Shown here: one piece after another, positions 11,591 through 23,200 of the stretch
Layout of the letters: each line of letters opens with the position of its first letter
How positions within the stretch are numbered: position 1 is the first letter of the stretch
From: Takakia lepidozioides
Taxonomy: Eukaryota > Plantae > Bryophyta
Length of the DNA stretch: 64,000 nucleotides
Reading direction: 5' to 3'
Assembly (NCBI GenBank): GCA_030704615.1
Contig: CM060733.1
Location: forward strand, 56,482,001 to 56,546,000
Position numbers and translations under genes: made by a program
Notes under the pieces: model-generated
Databases searched by the model: none
What the model was told of the DNA's origin: nothing
What the model saw: the letters and a program-made list of their open reading frames with translations, nothing else

Positions 11591-11899
11591 CTCTAATCAA
11601 GGTCATTGCGAATCATATTCACTTTCATCTTCAAGCTCTGGAGAAGATCCACCACCCACACCAGAAATATGACAGCACTCTAATTTCCTTCCACTATCAC
11701 CAGAGACAGTCAAAATCCCCCCTTCACTAACTACCTGTAGACCCCGCTACTGTTTCATCTGGATCTATGGTACAGAAATGCGCCCCTCAACAGTACATCA
11801 TGGCCATTATTCTCAGGAAATGGTGGATGAATTGAGTAGCTACACAGATCAAAGAATGAAGCAAGGCATCCGCACCATTCCAACAAACAAGACAACATT

Positions 11900-11995
11900 T
11901 CACCAGTAATCCCTACAAGAACAAACCCCATCTTCAAAGTGGTGAAAGCCGTTAGTGTCCCATACAACAATTGCTCGGCCAACAATCTTTGAGAC
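11900..11995 (-). pseudogene. DYW C-terminus with stop codon
   Basis: [30 protein letters not shown] (TGA at 11900-11902). The downstream UTR-like sequence also occurs at ~1490-1570 in element A. Confidence 0.88.
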
Positions 11996-12915
11996 CAACT
12001 GTACTGAGAGGCTTTATACACAGGATTGAAAACTTTCATGCTCTCATGAGTCTTCAAAATGGTAGATACATTCGGCGCTTATGGCCCCTCTCTAGTCCCT
12101 GATGGTGATTTGTAGGCCTACCCTCCACAAAAGGATCGCAGAAAATCATCTTTCCAAAGAAAGGCAGGGCATGACTGCTGAGCCATGGGAGGATGCTGTT
12201 TTGAGTGTCTCATCAAACTTCCAATGTAGGAATAAGATAATGTAATCGTCCAGTGGGTGGGAGAACCCATGGCCAGCAGATGCATGCATTGAGTGGGAAT
12301 GATCTTGGAATAAACAAGAGTATGCAATTCTCGTAATACCCATTGTAGGCAGGTCATGTTTGTCCCATATGGCCGCTGCAAGAAGTCTTGATCAATGTGC
12401 ACGCCCCACTGCACAAGCAATCCACCACATCATAAATTGAGCTTGGACCCGCAAGAGAGCAGGCTCTTGGTTGTCGAAGGACTTGCATGTTAAATGTAAG
12501 TTGAAAGACCTGCAGACCCAGATGTCTCTCACAGGGACTGCTTGTGAAAACCATGTTGCAAAACTGAAGTGTTAGCTTGTAATAATTGATGTGCACACTT
12601 AATTTGGTCCACAACATGCCCTTAGATATGAGCATCCTGGGTGGGACAGTCCACCTATGTCTACCTATTAGCCCCCCAATAGACAAAAGTGGAAAGTGTC
12701 AGTCCTCACCTCATGAAATGTTTTCTGCCTCAGTGATGCCAAACAGTTTGTCAACCAACCCACCATTTACAGCAGAAACTGGACATGGATCATGAATTTC
12801 ATTATGCTTTTAAAACCAGCATTCTGTTGAGGTGGTGACCCCCTGTCCCAAGGCATCAATGTTTTGCTTCCTGCTATGTTGGAGCTCTGATTTTTGTAGT
12901 CCACAGCTGGCGCTC

Positions 12916-14110
12916 CTATCTTATGTTAATACTTCGCAATGACAGATCACCAGTTCCTCCTATGGAGACCTTCTTGACAGGTTGTGCCATCCCAAATACC
13001 TTCCAAAAGCGAAGTGTCTCATCCGCAGCAGCGGAGACTACCATTGTTCCATCAGGGCTCTACACAAATTACAGCACTAAAATCATGAGAAAGTCACAAA
13101 CATAAAAGTAATTCACTCAATTTCAACAAACGATGGCAATGACGATGTTGGACCGTCAGTGGCATTATGGATCCACATGTGCATTTTCGAGCCAGAGCTG
13201 CAACACGGCTCCTCTGAACCCTAGAGTAGTACAAACGTAAGTGTAATATGAAATGAAATTCTGCAAATTGTCATCTTTGGAAACACTAGAATGTCAACAG
13301 AAAGAAGTCTTAAAACCTGGGCAAGATGGAGAACACGGGCAATGTGACCAGTGAGTTCAGCAATTTTGGCCATAGATGGATACTTCCGCAAGCACAGTTG
13401 ATTCTGGCTGAACCCATGGCTGCTCAGTATCTCCTTTTGATGCCGGTTCCATTGCAGAGCACACACCTGAGTGCACAACCCAATGTTTGACCACCAGACC
13501 TAGATCAATAATAGTGAAACCTTGTGTGATGCAGAACATCTTCACATATGCCATCCTAACTTGCCCATGCAGTTCTGAAAAGTTCAGATATCACCAACTG
13601 AATTTAGAGGAACATATATAATACAGTTTTTCAAACATCTCATTTTCAGTCATAAGAAACTACATACGGTGCACTAAAACTTTCTCATTACACGAGAAAT
13701 GGGACAGTGGAATTAATAATATCACATCGTACAATGTAAGCTAGATTTTACTATTCTTCAAGGAAGTATCGATCTCATCGGCAAACCATCAACCTGGGAA
13801 TGAGTGTCGACACTGTTGATACAGGCACCTGTCTGCGTGTTCCATACAACGATCAGCAGTACCCCCTCCAGACGCGAGTAAGTTGGCCTGGAAGGGGCAC
13901 CAGGCAAGTGCTTTCACAGCTGCTTGGTGGTCGTCCAGCCTGTGTAGATAGACTACTGACTCAGGTGATGATGATGTGACAGCTGCATCCCAAATGTGGA
14001 GCAAGTTGTCATTGCCTCCACTTGCTAGCTGTTGGCCTGACGGTGACCACTTGAGGCCACACACCTCCTGATTGTGCCCTATCAGACGGGAGGTGATATG
14101 ATCTCTCACC
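12916..14110 (-). pseudogene. CDC20: Captured 3' three-exon fragment of CDC20 (APC/C activator, WD40)
   Basis: Exons ~14110-13794 ([30 protein letters not shown]), 13466-13317 ([20 protein letters not shown]) and 13059-12916 ([21 protein letters not shown], the IR tail). Introns are retained, the N-terminal half is absent and there is a frameshift after TADRC. Confidence 0.85.
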
Positions 14111-14731
14111 AGTACTGCCAATTCAAAACACACTCTTTAGCAAGTCATATTTTGAAGGAAGACATGTCTGCAGTATCCATTTAAGCCTCTTTCTCCTTCT
14201 GGTACTTTCAGTAATCTCCACTGCCTTCAAAGTTCCCCGTCTGAATGCTCAGTTAGTTTTTTATCCTTGAATGTGTATGTGACAACCCATTGTTGAGTTT
14301 CAGAAACATCTCACTCCATCAGAAAAACATTGTTATGCTGATCAGCATACTTTGTATCACTTCTTGTTGATTCCTTACCCCAAACTTTCTATTCAATGCT
14401 TGGAAAAGGGCCCAAAAGCAAACAACCTTACCATCATGATTGATGATGTGGCTGTCACGACCAAAACACGTTCACAAGCCTAAGCAAGCAAAATGATGTG
14501 ATCTGCGGAGCCTTTGCACGAAAATCGAAGCTGATCGAATGAGGGAAAGGCCACGATTTGGATTGAGCAGCGAGACTGTTGAGAGCTTGCAAGGTGCAGG
14601 ATGGCGGAAAACGTAGAGATCCTGCGGTTCAAGAACTTCAAGAACCGGGCAGTCCGGGCAACTCCAAAACAACTTGGCGCTTTGGGGTTTTTCGCGCGCT
14701 GTCCGGGCAGATTCTAAAGAAATTGACGACT

Positions 14732-14773
14732 ACGATGACCTGGCTACAATGACGTGTCTACGATGACGTGGCA
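14732..14773. repeat. 3 x 14-bp repeat near the 5' end of element B
   Basis: Same unit as 6778-6875. Confidence 0.88.
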
Positions 14774-14896
14774 CTACGGCACCCTATTCCTGCTCTACGC
14801 TAAACTAGTTTCCAACCTTCAATCGTCGCTAGAATTGTACATACGTAACGGGCAACTTTTTAAGTTTTTTAACCTTTTTACAAACCCTATAAGCAA

Positions 14897-15108
14897 TTTT
14901 TTTTTTTTTTTAAATAAATTTTAAAGGAAACCTCAGGCCCTTGAGGAGGGGGAAAAATTAACCCCCTTTCATTTATGGGCCATGAGACCTACAGGAGGAT
15001 CGACGCCCAGACATACCGTCGTCACAAACAATCCCACACATGGGGTAATGCAGCGGGTTTGAACCCTAAACCACCAGGGCGACACACTCTGCACTTACTA
15101 GCCGATGT
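14897..15108 (-). mobile_element. tRNA-derived SINE (family 2)
   Basis: Minus strand has B-box GGTTCAAACCC, a 3' end TCAAGGGCCTGAGGTTTCCTTT resembling the family 1 tail, then poly(A). Confidence 0.55.
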
Positions 15109-15159
15109 GTTTTTTTTTAAATCTTTTGCACTTTGATTTTTTTTTTAAATTCATTTTAG

Positions 15160-16764
15160 TGGTTACAAGTGAGCACATAGATGTATTTCATGGAGATAAA
15201 CAAAACTGTTTATCCGGTGTCTTCACGGTGGATGTATCCCATGGAGCGTTACATGAAAGATCTTAAGAGATACGTTAAGAATTACGCAAAGCCAGAAGGG
15301 AGTACGGTTGTAGGGCATGTTCTTGATGAGGCTATGGGGTTCATGACTGAGTATATGCAATCATTTGATGCAACTCAACTGCGGACTTGGGATGCAAATG
15401 CGGAGGAAGGGGTTGAGGACGAGGTCTTCGAAGGTGTCGGCGAAAAGCGGGACATAACTGGAGCTGGGAGAGATGCAGCACAAATTTTATATGTGCTGAA
15501 CAATACCAATGTTATGACTCATTGGGTGCAGTGAGTACTTCTTTTCATTGCACCTTATTCATATCAAGTTCAATTTCAATTCTAATTGTCACCAATGTAA
15601 TCAAACCACCCACAAAGTCACAAATGTTAGTGGTTCATCTTGATTATAACCAATGCTGTAGTAACGGATTGTCTAAGTGAGTGACTTGTTGGAAAAACAT
15701 GTTCATTTACAAGTCATTCTGCTCACTCCTCCAATGGTTTGAAACAGTGGTTTTCAAAGTATCATTCATGCTAGGTATTTTTTGCTAAGTAATGCAATAC
15801 TTCATTGCTAACATGTGTCATTCTTGTTGCCATTTTGTGACAAAAAGTATGCAATAGAGAAGACACAGTTCACAGCAGACAGAGAGGCATGTGGTGATGA
15901 GTGGCGTGCCAATCGACGTCTACCTTATCAGATCAGCCAATACATAGGTCATTAGATGGTGCCACGGCTCTAAATAAAAAAGACCTGGCTATGTTGGCTA
16001 CCATTCAAGCGGCATTTGTGCAACCAACCGCTATTCCAGTTGAGCAAAGTGATTCAGAGGGTGACGAATATGTTTCAGATTCAAAATAAAGTTTATTATT
16101 GGAACCATTTGTTCAATAGCATCATCCCACAATGGTCTGGCCACTTGTCTGTTTTTCAAAGTCTATCACAACTGCACAAACCACTTAAAGTTTTTCATGT
16201 ATCATCCAAAAAGTGGTACCAATCACTGTTGTGTAGGCAATAACTCATGAGCAACCACTAGAATAGTGGTTCCAATTACTACAGTATCTTTCACCACCCA
16301 CTTTCCACCACTGTCAAAGTGGTACAAATCAATGAGGTGTCTTTAACCACTCAAAATCAACGTGCACTGTCCCCGTCGAATATTATATTTATTAATTAAA
16401 ATATATTTTCAAATCATAAATCACAAATAAAATTTGAATTATTACACGTGGAGTAGCAAGTGGTTTCAACCACTTCCCATCACTGAGTTGTCTATAACCA
16501 CTCACAATGTACCACTGCACTCGTCCACGTGGAATATTATATTTATTAATTAAAATTTATTACCAAATAAATAATAATAAATAAAAACAAATTATTACAC
16601 GTGGACTACTGAGTGGTTGAAACCACTTCCAACCACTGTCTGTGATGCCACCGTGGCATTTCATTGGGATTAACCACTGGCAAGTGGTTACTAGTGGTTT
16701 ATAGAGTGGAAAAAGACAGTAGTGATTAAAGGGCCAGTGGTTATTTCACGTTTTTCTTCTAGTG
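15160..16764 (+). mobile_element. CACTA (En/Spm) transposon 3' half, degenerate
   Basis: TNP2-like C-terminal peptide RWMYPMERYMKDLKRYVKNYAKPEGS; dense AACCACT/AGTGGTT subterminal repeats; a ~150-bp duplicated subterminal block; terminus TTTTTCTTCTAGTG (reverse complement CACTAGAAGAAAAA) at 16764. Confidence 0.85.
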
Positions 16765-18340
16765 CCACGCAGGAGCCAACGTCATTAGCAGTGATCCAAC
16801 CCGCTCTACACTATACGCCGTCATATGTAGGAGGAGCATGGCCATACACCCCGACGACGTCCCCTACGTGTACCAGTGGTAACACCGACCGTGCCACAGT
16901 ATACAAATGCTGCCCCTACTAACTCGTATGCAGATTCCACTGGGCAGTTTGATTTACGGGTGGGCCATTTAGAGGCGCAAATAACCTCTCTCATCAAAAC
17001 TATCGAAACAATGGGCAATCGCATGAGCTCCATCGGCCAACAGATCATTAGCTACGTGGGGTATCGAGATGTTGCTCCAGTAGGAGAATCTGGCCCCAAC
17101 CCGACAAATGTATGGTGCTCCAACTGCGACAGTCCCGGGGATGCTGCTCAACATTGTCCTTATCCCACTCGGGAGAGGCAGGTAAGCCGAAACCCGTCTT
17201 ATCAGGATAGATCAAAATGACAATTCAGTCAATTCAGGAAAGGTTGTAAAAAATGTGGCAGAACCACTCACCCAACAGAAGACTGTTGGAGTGATATAGT
17301 ATGTTTGCATTGCGGCCAAAGAGGCCATCCCTTGGAGAGATGTTCCCGGAGGCAGGTGGACCGACCGGCCCCTGCCACTCCAGCAAGTAGAGAGGAATTT
17401 GGAAGAGCAACGAGCCTCATTCCCAGATCAGTATGCGACTAAACCACCCAACTCTCTACCGCAACAACATAGCATGTATTTTGCTAACCCAATGCAGATT
17501 CTTAGGAGACGTAGCACCAAGTAAATTGGATTGCGAATGAGCCGGAAGCCACTCCAACAGCGATAGCTAGCCCCGAAAAAGGTAGCTACGCAGTGATGAC
17601 CCGACAACAACGAGATACGCTAGGGAAAGGCCCTGGGTATGTGGCGTTGGAGTCAGCCACATCCGCATAGGAACGAGATGATCTGAACTTCACAGTAATG
17701 AAGTTAGATGCACGGAAGGTGGCGGAGACTATGCTTCGAGAAGAGGAAGATATCCATCCCAAAGAAAAGGAGGTAGCATTTGCAGAGGCGGATTCAACCT
17801 CCAATAGTCCGACCAACCATTTCTCGACCCCCTGTATCAAGAGCGAAGAGTCTGGCAAATCGGCCGGCGGCACCAGAAAAGCTTCCCCGGAGGAGGATGC
17901 ATTCAACCATGCGGTTCACAGACGAGTTGGAACCGTACAATCTAATGGAGGATCTTCACTATATTCAAGCAAACATTACGTTTGTGCCCACAGTCCGCCA
18001 CGCTCTTACATTGGTGATGAAGCGAGTAAGCATTTCTGCTCAGGCACACCATATCAATGCTCACATTGACCCAGGACCAGTAGAGATAGAAGTGGAAATT
18101 GCTAACCGATTCATATGGCGTTGTTTAGTGGATGATGATAGCTCCGTCAACATCATGCCGTTTTCTACTCTATCCAAACTGGGTTTGAACATGACATGGG
18201 AATCCCCTCTGACAATCATGCTAGCTGACCAGCGGAAGATCCGACCAGTGGGTCACATAGTCAAGATGAAGACATAAGACTACACGTATGCAGTAGACTT
18301 CCAAATCATAGACTAGGATGCTGGTGAGGAGGCGGATGAG
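16765..18340 (+). mobile_element. Ty3/Gypsy-like gag-protease remnant
   Basis: Zinc knuckles CSNCDSPGDAAQHC and CLHCGQRGHPLERC; protease-like CLVDDDSSVNIMP..IMLADQRKIRPVG; disrupted. Confidence 0.65.
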
Positions 18341-18399
18341 CCATTTGTACCTTGACGCTCACAACATAGTTGGAAGCCCTCCAACAAATTTGTAGAGTC

Positions 18400-18808
18400 T
18401 CTAGACATGGCTTTTGTATTTCACTGTGCTAGCAATGATGAACCACAGTCCTTGAGAGAAGCATTGGGGAGTTGATGCTTCACAGCAGAAGGATTTAGAA
18501 TACAAATCCAATATGGACAATGGTACTTGGGTTTCTTGTTCCTCTGCCACTTGGAAGGAGAACAGTTGGAAGCAGAAGGGTCTTCAAGGTGAAATACAAG
18601 GCAGATGGAACTGTGGAGCGATACAAAGGCGCCTGACTCGTTGCCAAGGGCTATTCTCCATGGAAGGTGAAGCAAATCTTACGGTATCTCAAAGGTACTA
18701 TTGGTCATGGGTTATGCTTCAGTGGGAGTCGGCCCTTAGACAAGGATGGTTTGCACATGGTGGGATATTGTGATGCGGATATTTTGACCAAGAGTCTTAT
18801 TCGCGAAA
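18400..18808 (+). mobile_element. Ty1/Copia RT-RNaseH remnant with large internal deletions
   Basis: EPQSLREAL, FKVKYKADGTVERYK.RLVAKGY, KQILRYLKGT, GYCDAD/ILTKSL. Confidence 0.8.
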
Positions 18809-18950
18809 TGGGCTACATATTGCCAGGCCGACCAATTGCAAATGTTTGCTTCAAAACAGTATGTCGCACTATTTCCTTCTTGCAAGACTTCAAGTTGGTT
18901 CATAGTCTAGGTGCATGTTTTGAAGACGTTGGCATGTCATTTCTCTCCTT
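18808..18950 (+). pseudogene. OPT exon-5 plus intron copy (inverted part)
   Basis: [26 protein letters not shown]; reverse-complement match to ~41470-41665, including the start of the intron. Confidence 0.85.
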
Positions 18951-19294
18951 TGTCAAGAAAACATACACATACTTCTGAAGATGCATGGATGCAACAATAT
19001 GACTCAATTACAAATAAGCTCTCATCCCAACTATAGAGGTCTGCACAAAGATTAATTGCCTCTCCCCTGAGGTCAATATATATATCTCATAGATGTCTCC
19101 TACCAAGAGTCTATCCCCTCAAGACTTATCTAATAGCTATTCTAAGCCGCATCTATTCTAGGTATCTAGAATGTCTAACGGATGATGAATTGAACCCAAA
19201 AGTTCAATAATTCTAACATTCCCACTCAACGAAACAGCCGTTAGTAAGATCGGGAGTCAACAACCCCCCTCATCTTTTTGAAGCGTACATGTTT
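18951..19294 (-). mobile_element. Copia 3' end: pol C-terminus, PPT and ~268-bp LTR
   Basis: Minus strand reads KHVRFKKMRGL, then PPT GAGTGGGAA, then an LTR TGTTAGAA...TTCTTGACA (19218-18951) containing a TATA-like run. Confidence 0.7.
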
Positions 19295-19304
19295 GCGCAC
19301 AAGC

Positions 19305-19470
19305 TGATGATATTCAACCCAGGAGACTCCACATTCAATTCAACACAACAGTCAACTGGCAAGAAGGATCTGTGGTTGGTCATAAGGCCTTATAGGAGAC
19401 ATCAAGGTCCCACTACATTGACACATGTACATAGGTTTGTAGCAAAGGCCAATCAATGAGTTGACTGGGT
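19305..19470 (-). pseudogene. OPT exon-5 5' end and intron-4 copy
   Basis: Direct match to 41677-41840 (gatattcaacccaggag..caactggcaagaaggatctgtggttgg). Confidence 0.85.
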
Positions 19471-20247
19471 TTCTGCAGTTTTTATTGAAAGTGCTCAAAG
19501 GGAAAATCTGATTGCCTTGAGCTTGCATACTTGCATAATAAGTTAGATAGCTGATGACCCATACCCTACGGTCTCAAAAGTTCATTCTGTCTTTGACAGC
19601 TGACATACACCGTTGTAACAATGGGAGGGCAACATTTTCACATTTCGTGAAATAACCATCCATGAAACTCTGGACAGTTCATTCTTTAGATACCTCCCAT
19701 ATGTCCCCCACACGAGATCCAGTCACTTTCTACGTAGACGACGGAGGTTTTCTAATTGCCAACTTAGGCAGAGAGAGGGACCTCGGCATCAGAAATGCTA
19801 GAGAGAGACAAGAACTAACTTATAGAAAGAAAGGAAGAAACTCTAGAACTACAGAACCCACCCACAGTGTCAAACCATTGAAAGTGGGGGAGTACATGAC
19901 CCATCTCTAAATGCTTCCCATACCCCAAATCATCCACTGGATGGAGAGAGAGATAACACGAGGCTCCATTCACACCAGGACCTATGGCTCACACTATTTC
20001 CCTAATCAACATGTGGGCGATCTAATTACCCGGTTTAGCTAATGTCAGTAATCTCCTTAACGGTGATTACAAAGTAACTAATTAGCAGGTGGATTCCGTT
20101 GTGCCCACAACTATGAGGAAGCTAGCACGTAGGCTGAGCTGCATTGCATTTCTGGAGTGGACCAAGGATAGCACCGATGAGATTTTAGTAAGGAAAGGAG
20201 GGGAGGGGAGAGAAAGTCTGTGGATTGCCTTCATTTCAGTGAAGGAA

Positions 20248-23200
20248 ATGCCACCATGGATAGACCACCAAACTCTCCGCTGCACTTCTGTGTTCTATCT
20301 AGAGTCTCTGCCTTGCCTGAAATGTAATTGTGTTTCTCCCTCCTATTGCAGCCTGGGTTGGGAAACTCGTTGGCGGGGAAAGGTTCATGGAGAGAGGAAT
20401 GGGGCACGACTGTGGCGGAGGGGCAAGATTGCATTGCGGGACTCTTCTTTACTTCCTCAGGTGTCTCATGTATGTAGCCATGGGGATTTGGCTCGGAGTT
20501 GGAGAGAATTCCAAAATGGACAATTGAACCATCTGAAAGTGGAAAGGGATAGTACTACGCAAAGAGTCACTAAGATTTCAAGTGGAGGCTGGAAAACCTC
20601 TGCAAAACCCACGCGAACAGTGACAGAAATTGTAGTTGCCAGAGAAGCCGGAGTTCGCCCAAAAGCACAGGGAAGAAGGAGGGCGGGACGAAGTGGGAAG
20701 ATGACTGGCTATTGGCGGGTGTTCAGAGTAGAAGTTCTGTTGGATGGTGATCTTGGCAAAGACAATTTTGATGTATCGGATGGTCTTTTAGAGGCCACAG
20801 CCTCTGCTCTCGGCTGCTCTGTGAGTTCTTCCGGCGACCCTTTTGCAATATAAATCTGCCCTGAGGTCATACGTGTTAAAATGGATAAATCTTTGGCTGC
20901 CAAAATCTTTAACTATGTCTATGATTCATGGCTAGCTATACCTTTTACATGTGGAAGCCCGCGCTTTTGGCAATCACTGGTCATCGTTTCAAACAGATTG
21001 GGGGTCTGAGTTTGGGTGCTTCGGGCAGAAATGCGAAGGTTTTAGAGTCAGTCTTTGAAGAGACCAAATTTTAAGGGCTTTAGGGTTGGTCACTTTTGGG
21101 GTCCTGTCTATTTTTTTGCTGTGGCAGGTTTTTATTGGCTTAGGTCTTTTAAATACCATTTTTATGATCCTTATTTTGAAGATGGAGTGCTTTGGGTGGG
21201 AGGTAGTGGAAGTGGGATTTATGTGAGGCAATTGCTTGATGTAGTTGTTTGGTTGGATGCAGGCAGACATGCTGCCAAGGACAGCTCTTTTAGTTATTCG
21301 CAAATCATTTGACGCTCGCAAGGTACAAAATTGATTGAAGTTTGTCCACACTGTCCGAGCTATTATCCAGAGAGCTTTCTCTCTATGAGCTTTCCGCGGA
21401 CGTTATAAAGCACCATTTCATTTCATTTCATTTCATTTCTCTTTGACAGCTAAAAGTTTTACAAGATTGCAGGGGAAATTTCCTCCACTCTCATTGATTC
21501 ATTTGCATTCCCAGGATCCCAGGTTTGTATATACAGTCGAGATGGACATAGGGGAATGCTTGAGGGCACAGCCTGGGAGCAAGGCCTTTCTCTCTAGATT
21601 ACATGAGAGGCCCGGCAAATTGGAGTTTTCCAGGACCCAAAGGACTCCCTCAGATCTGATTTCACACCTCCGCCAATCAGAATGTGTGGCATCCAACCTG
21701 CCAGGTTCCAGTCAATGTAATGCAAATGGGAGTCAGAGAGATGGCCTATCAGTTGACGAGGGTGGAAATGAGGCTCCAAAGGCTTCAAGTTTGGATCGTC
21801 GAAGAGGTAAAATCCATTTCATTCCAATCTCTTTTTCCTCTGGATACATCTCTCTCACTGAAGTCTTCCACTATGAGGATCAGAAATGCTTGGCAGCTTA
21901 CCTGCACGAGGCCTTCACCCTTAGACAATAACTCGAACAATAGTTCTTATTCTTGGCTTTGGTTTTGTTTCCTCTCTCATGTTTTCTTCCATTTTGTCCC
22001 ATAAGCTCTATGAGCTTCCGCGGACGTTATAAAGCACCATTTCATTTCATTTCTCTGTCTCTCTGTTCCATCCACAGGTCCTAAAGGATTATGTGTTCAA
22101 TTGGGCAGATAGTATCGTAGCAACCAAAGGGTAAAAAGTCTTTCTGTGACCACCTCAGGCTTGGGAATAGTTGCTTGATCAGCAGTACATTCAAATGTAT
22201 CGTTTCATGCACATGAGGTATTGTTGTTTACAATCATCTTGGGTGTACATGCGTGGTGGGGTTGAACAGGAGAGGGGAGGCCGAGGGTAGTGGTTGTAGG
22301 CAGTGGGCCAGCAGGTCTATTTGCTGCACTGGTATTGGCTGAGACTGGTGTGCAGGTAACCCTGGTGGAGAGGGGTCAACCTGTGGAGACTAGGGGGCGT
22401 GATATTGGAGCTCTCATGGTCCGGCGCTTGCTGCACCCTGAAAGCAATCTTTGCTTTGGAGAGGTATGCTCTCATTCTCTCTCTCTCTCTCTCTTATAAA
22501 GTACCATTTCATTTCATTTCCCTTTCATATCAAAAAACCATGGGGGACCAACACAATCAGATCTCCTCTACGCTGACGATGTTGCCCTTTTGGCACAATT
22601 CCCGGTCTTCCTGCAACGCCATCTCAAAATTTTGGAACAGTTCTGCAAAGACCATGGGATGCAAGTCAATCTTAGCAAGACCAAGATCATGGTCTTCAAT
22701 GGCCAGGCTGATCGTAGATTCATCTTCAACCAGCAGGAAATTGAGATTGTGAAATCATACCGGTAGCTGGGTCTGGTTATCCACTCCCCCAAGTTTCACT
22801 TTGCAGCCACGGCCCTGGACAGATTGACTAAAGGTAAGGCGGCCTCCGTCCGCCTTCAGGCCAAATGCAAGCAAATACATCTGCGTCATCCCCCAACCAA
22901 AAAGTGGCTGTTTGACACCGTCGTCAGCCCTGCTACCATCTATGGTTGTGAGTTCTGGGCACCTGGTGTCCCTGTCTCCTGGTGGGAAAAGAATCTGGAA
23001 CCATTACAGTCATCTTTTCTCCAAGCAATGCTTGGCGCCAGGAGCGCAACTCCATCTCAGATCCTAGGTGCAGAGTTCGCATGTGTACAATTGCAATCCG
23101 AGGCCCTCTTCCGGCTTACAATCTTTCTCCATAGATTACAGGCCCTTCCACCCAAGGGGCTCGTGGCAAGGGCCCTCACAACATCTATGAGGCTCAAAGC

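Larger units (their letters stand above)
6937..14834 (-). mobile_element. Non-autonomous Helitron/Helentron-like element B, head-to-tail with A
   Basis: 5' end is TTCTAGCGACGA at 14834-14823, with ~250 bp homologous to 6620-6936. The 3' end at 6937-7075 is homologous to 993-1135 and ends CCCTAG directly against the 5' end of A. Confidence 0.75.

Noticed and set aside
1540-11995. Functional PPR-DYW gene(s)
   Set aside because: No ORF longer than ~170 aa, many stops and frameshifts, and scrambled domain order; no splicing path was found that restores a frame.
22078-22130. Extra exon of the oxidoreductase
   Set aside because: It is AG/GT-bounded, but in the required phase it contains TAG; exon 3 splices in frame directly to 22270.
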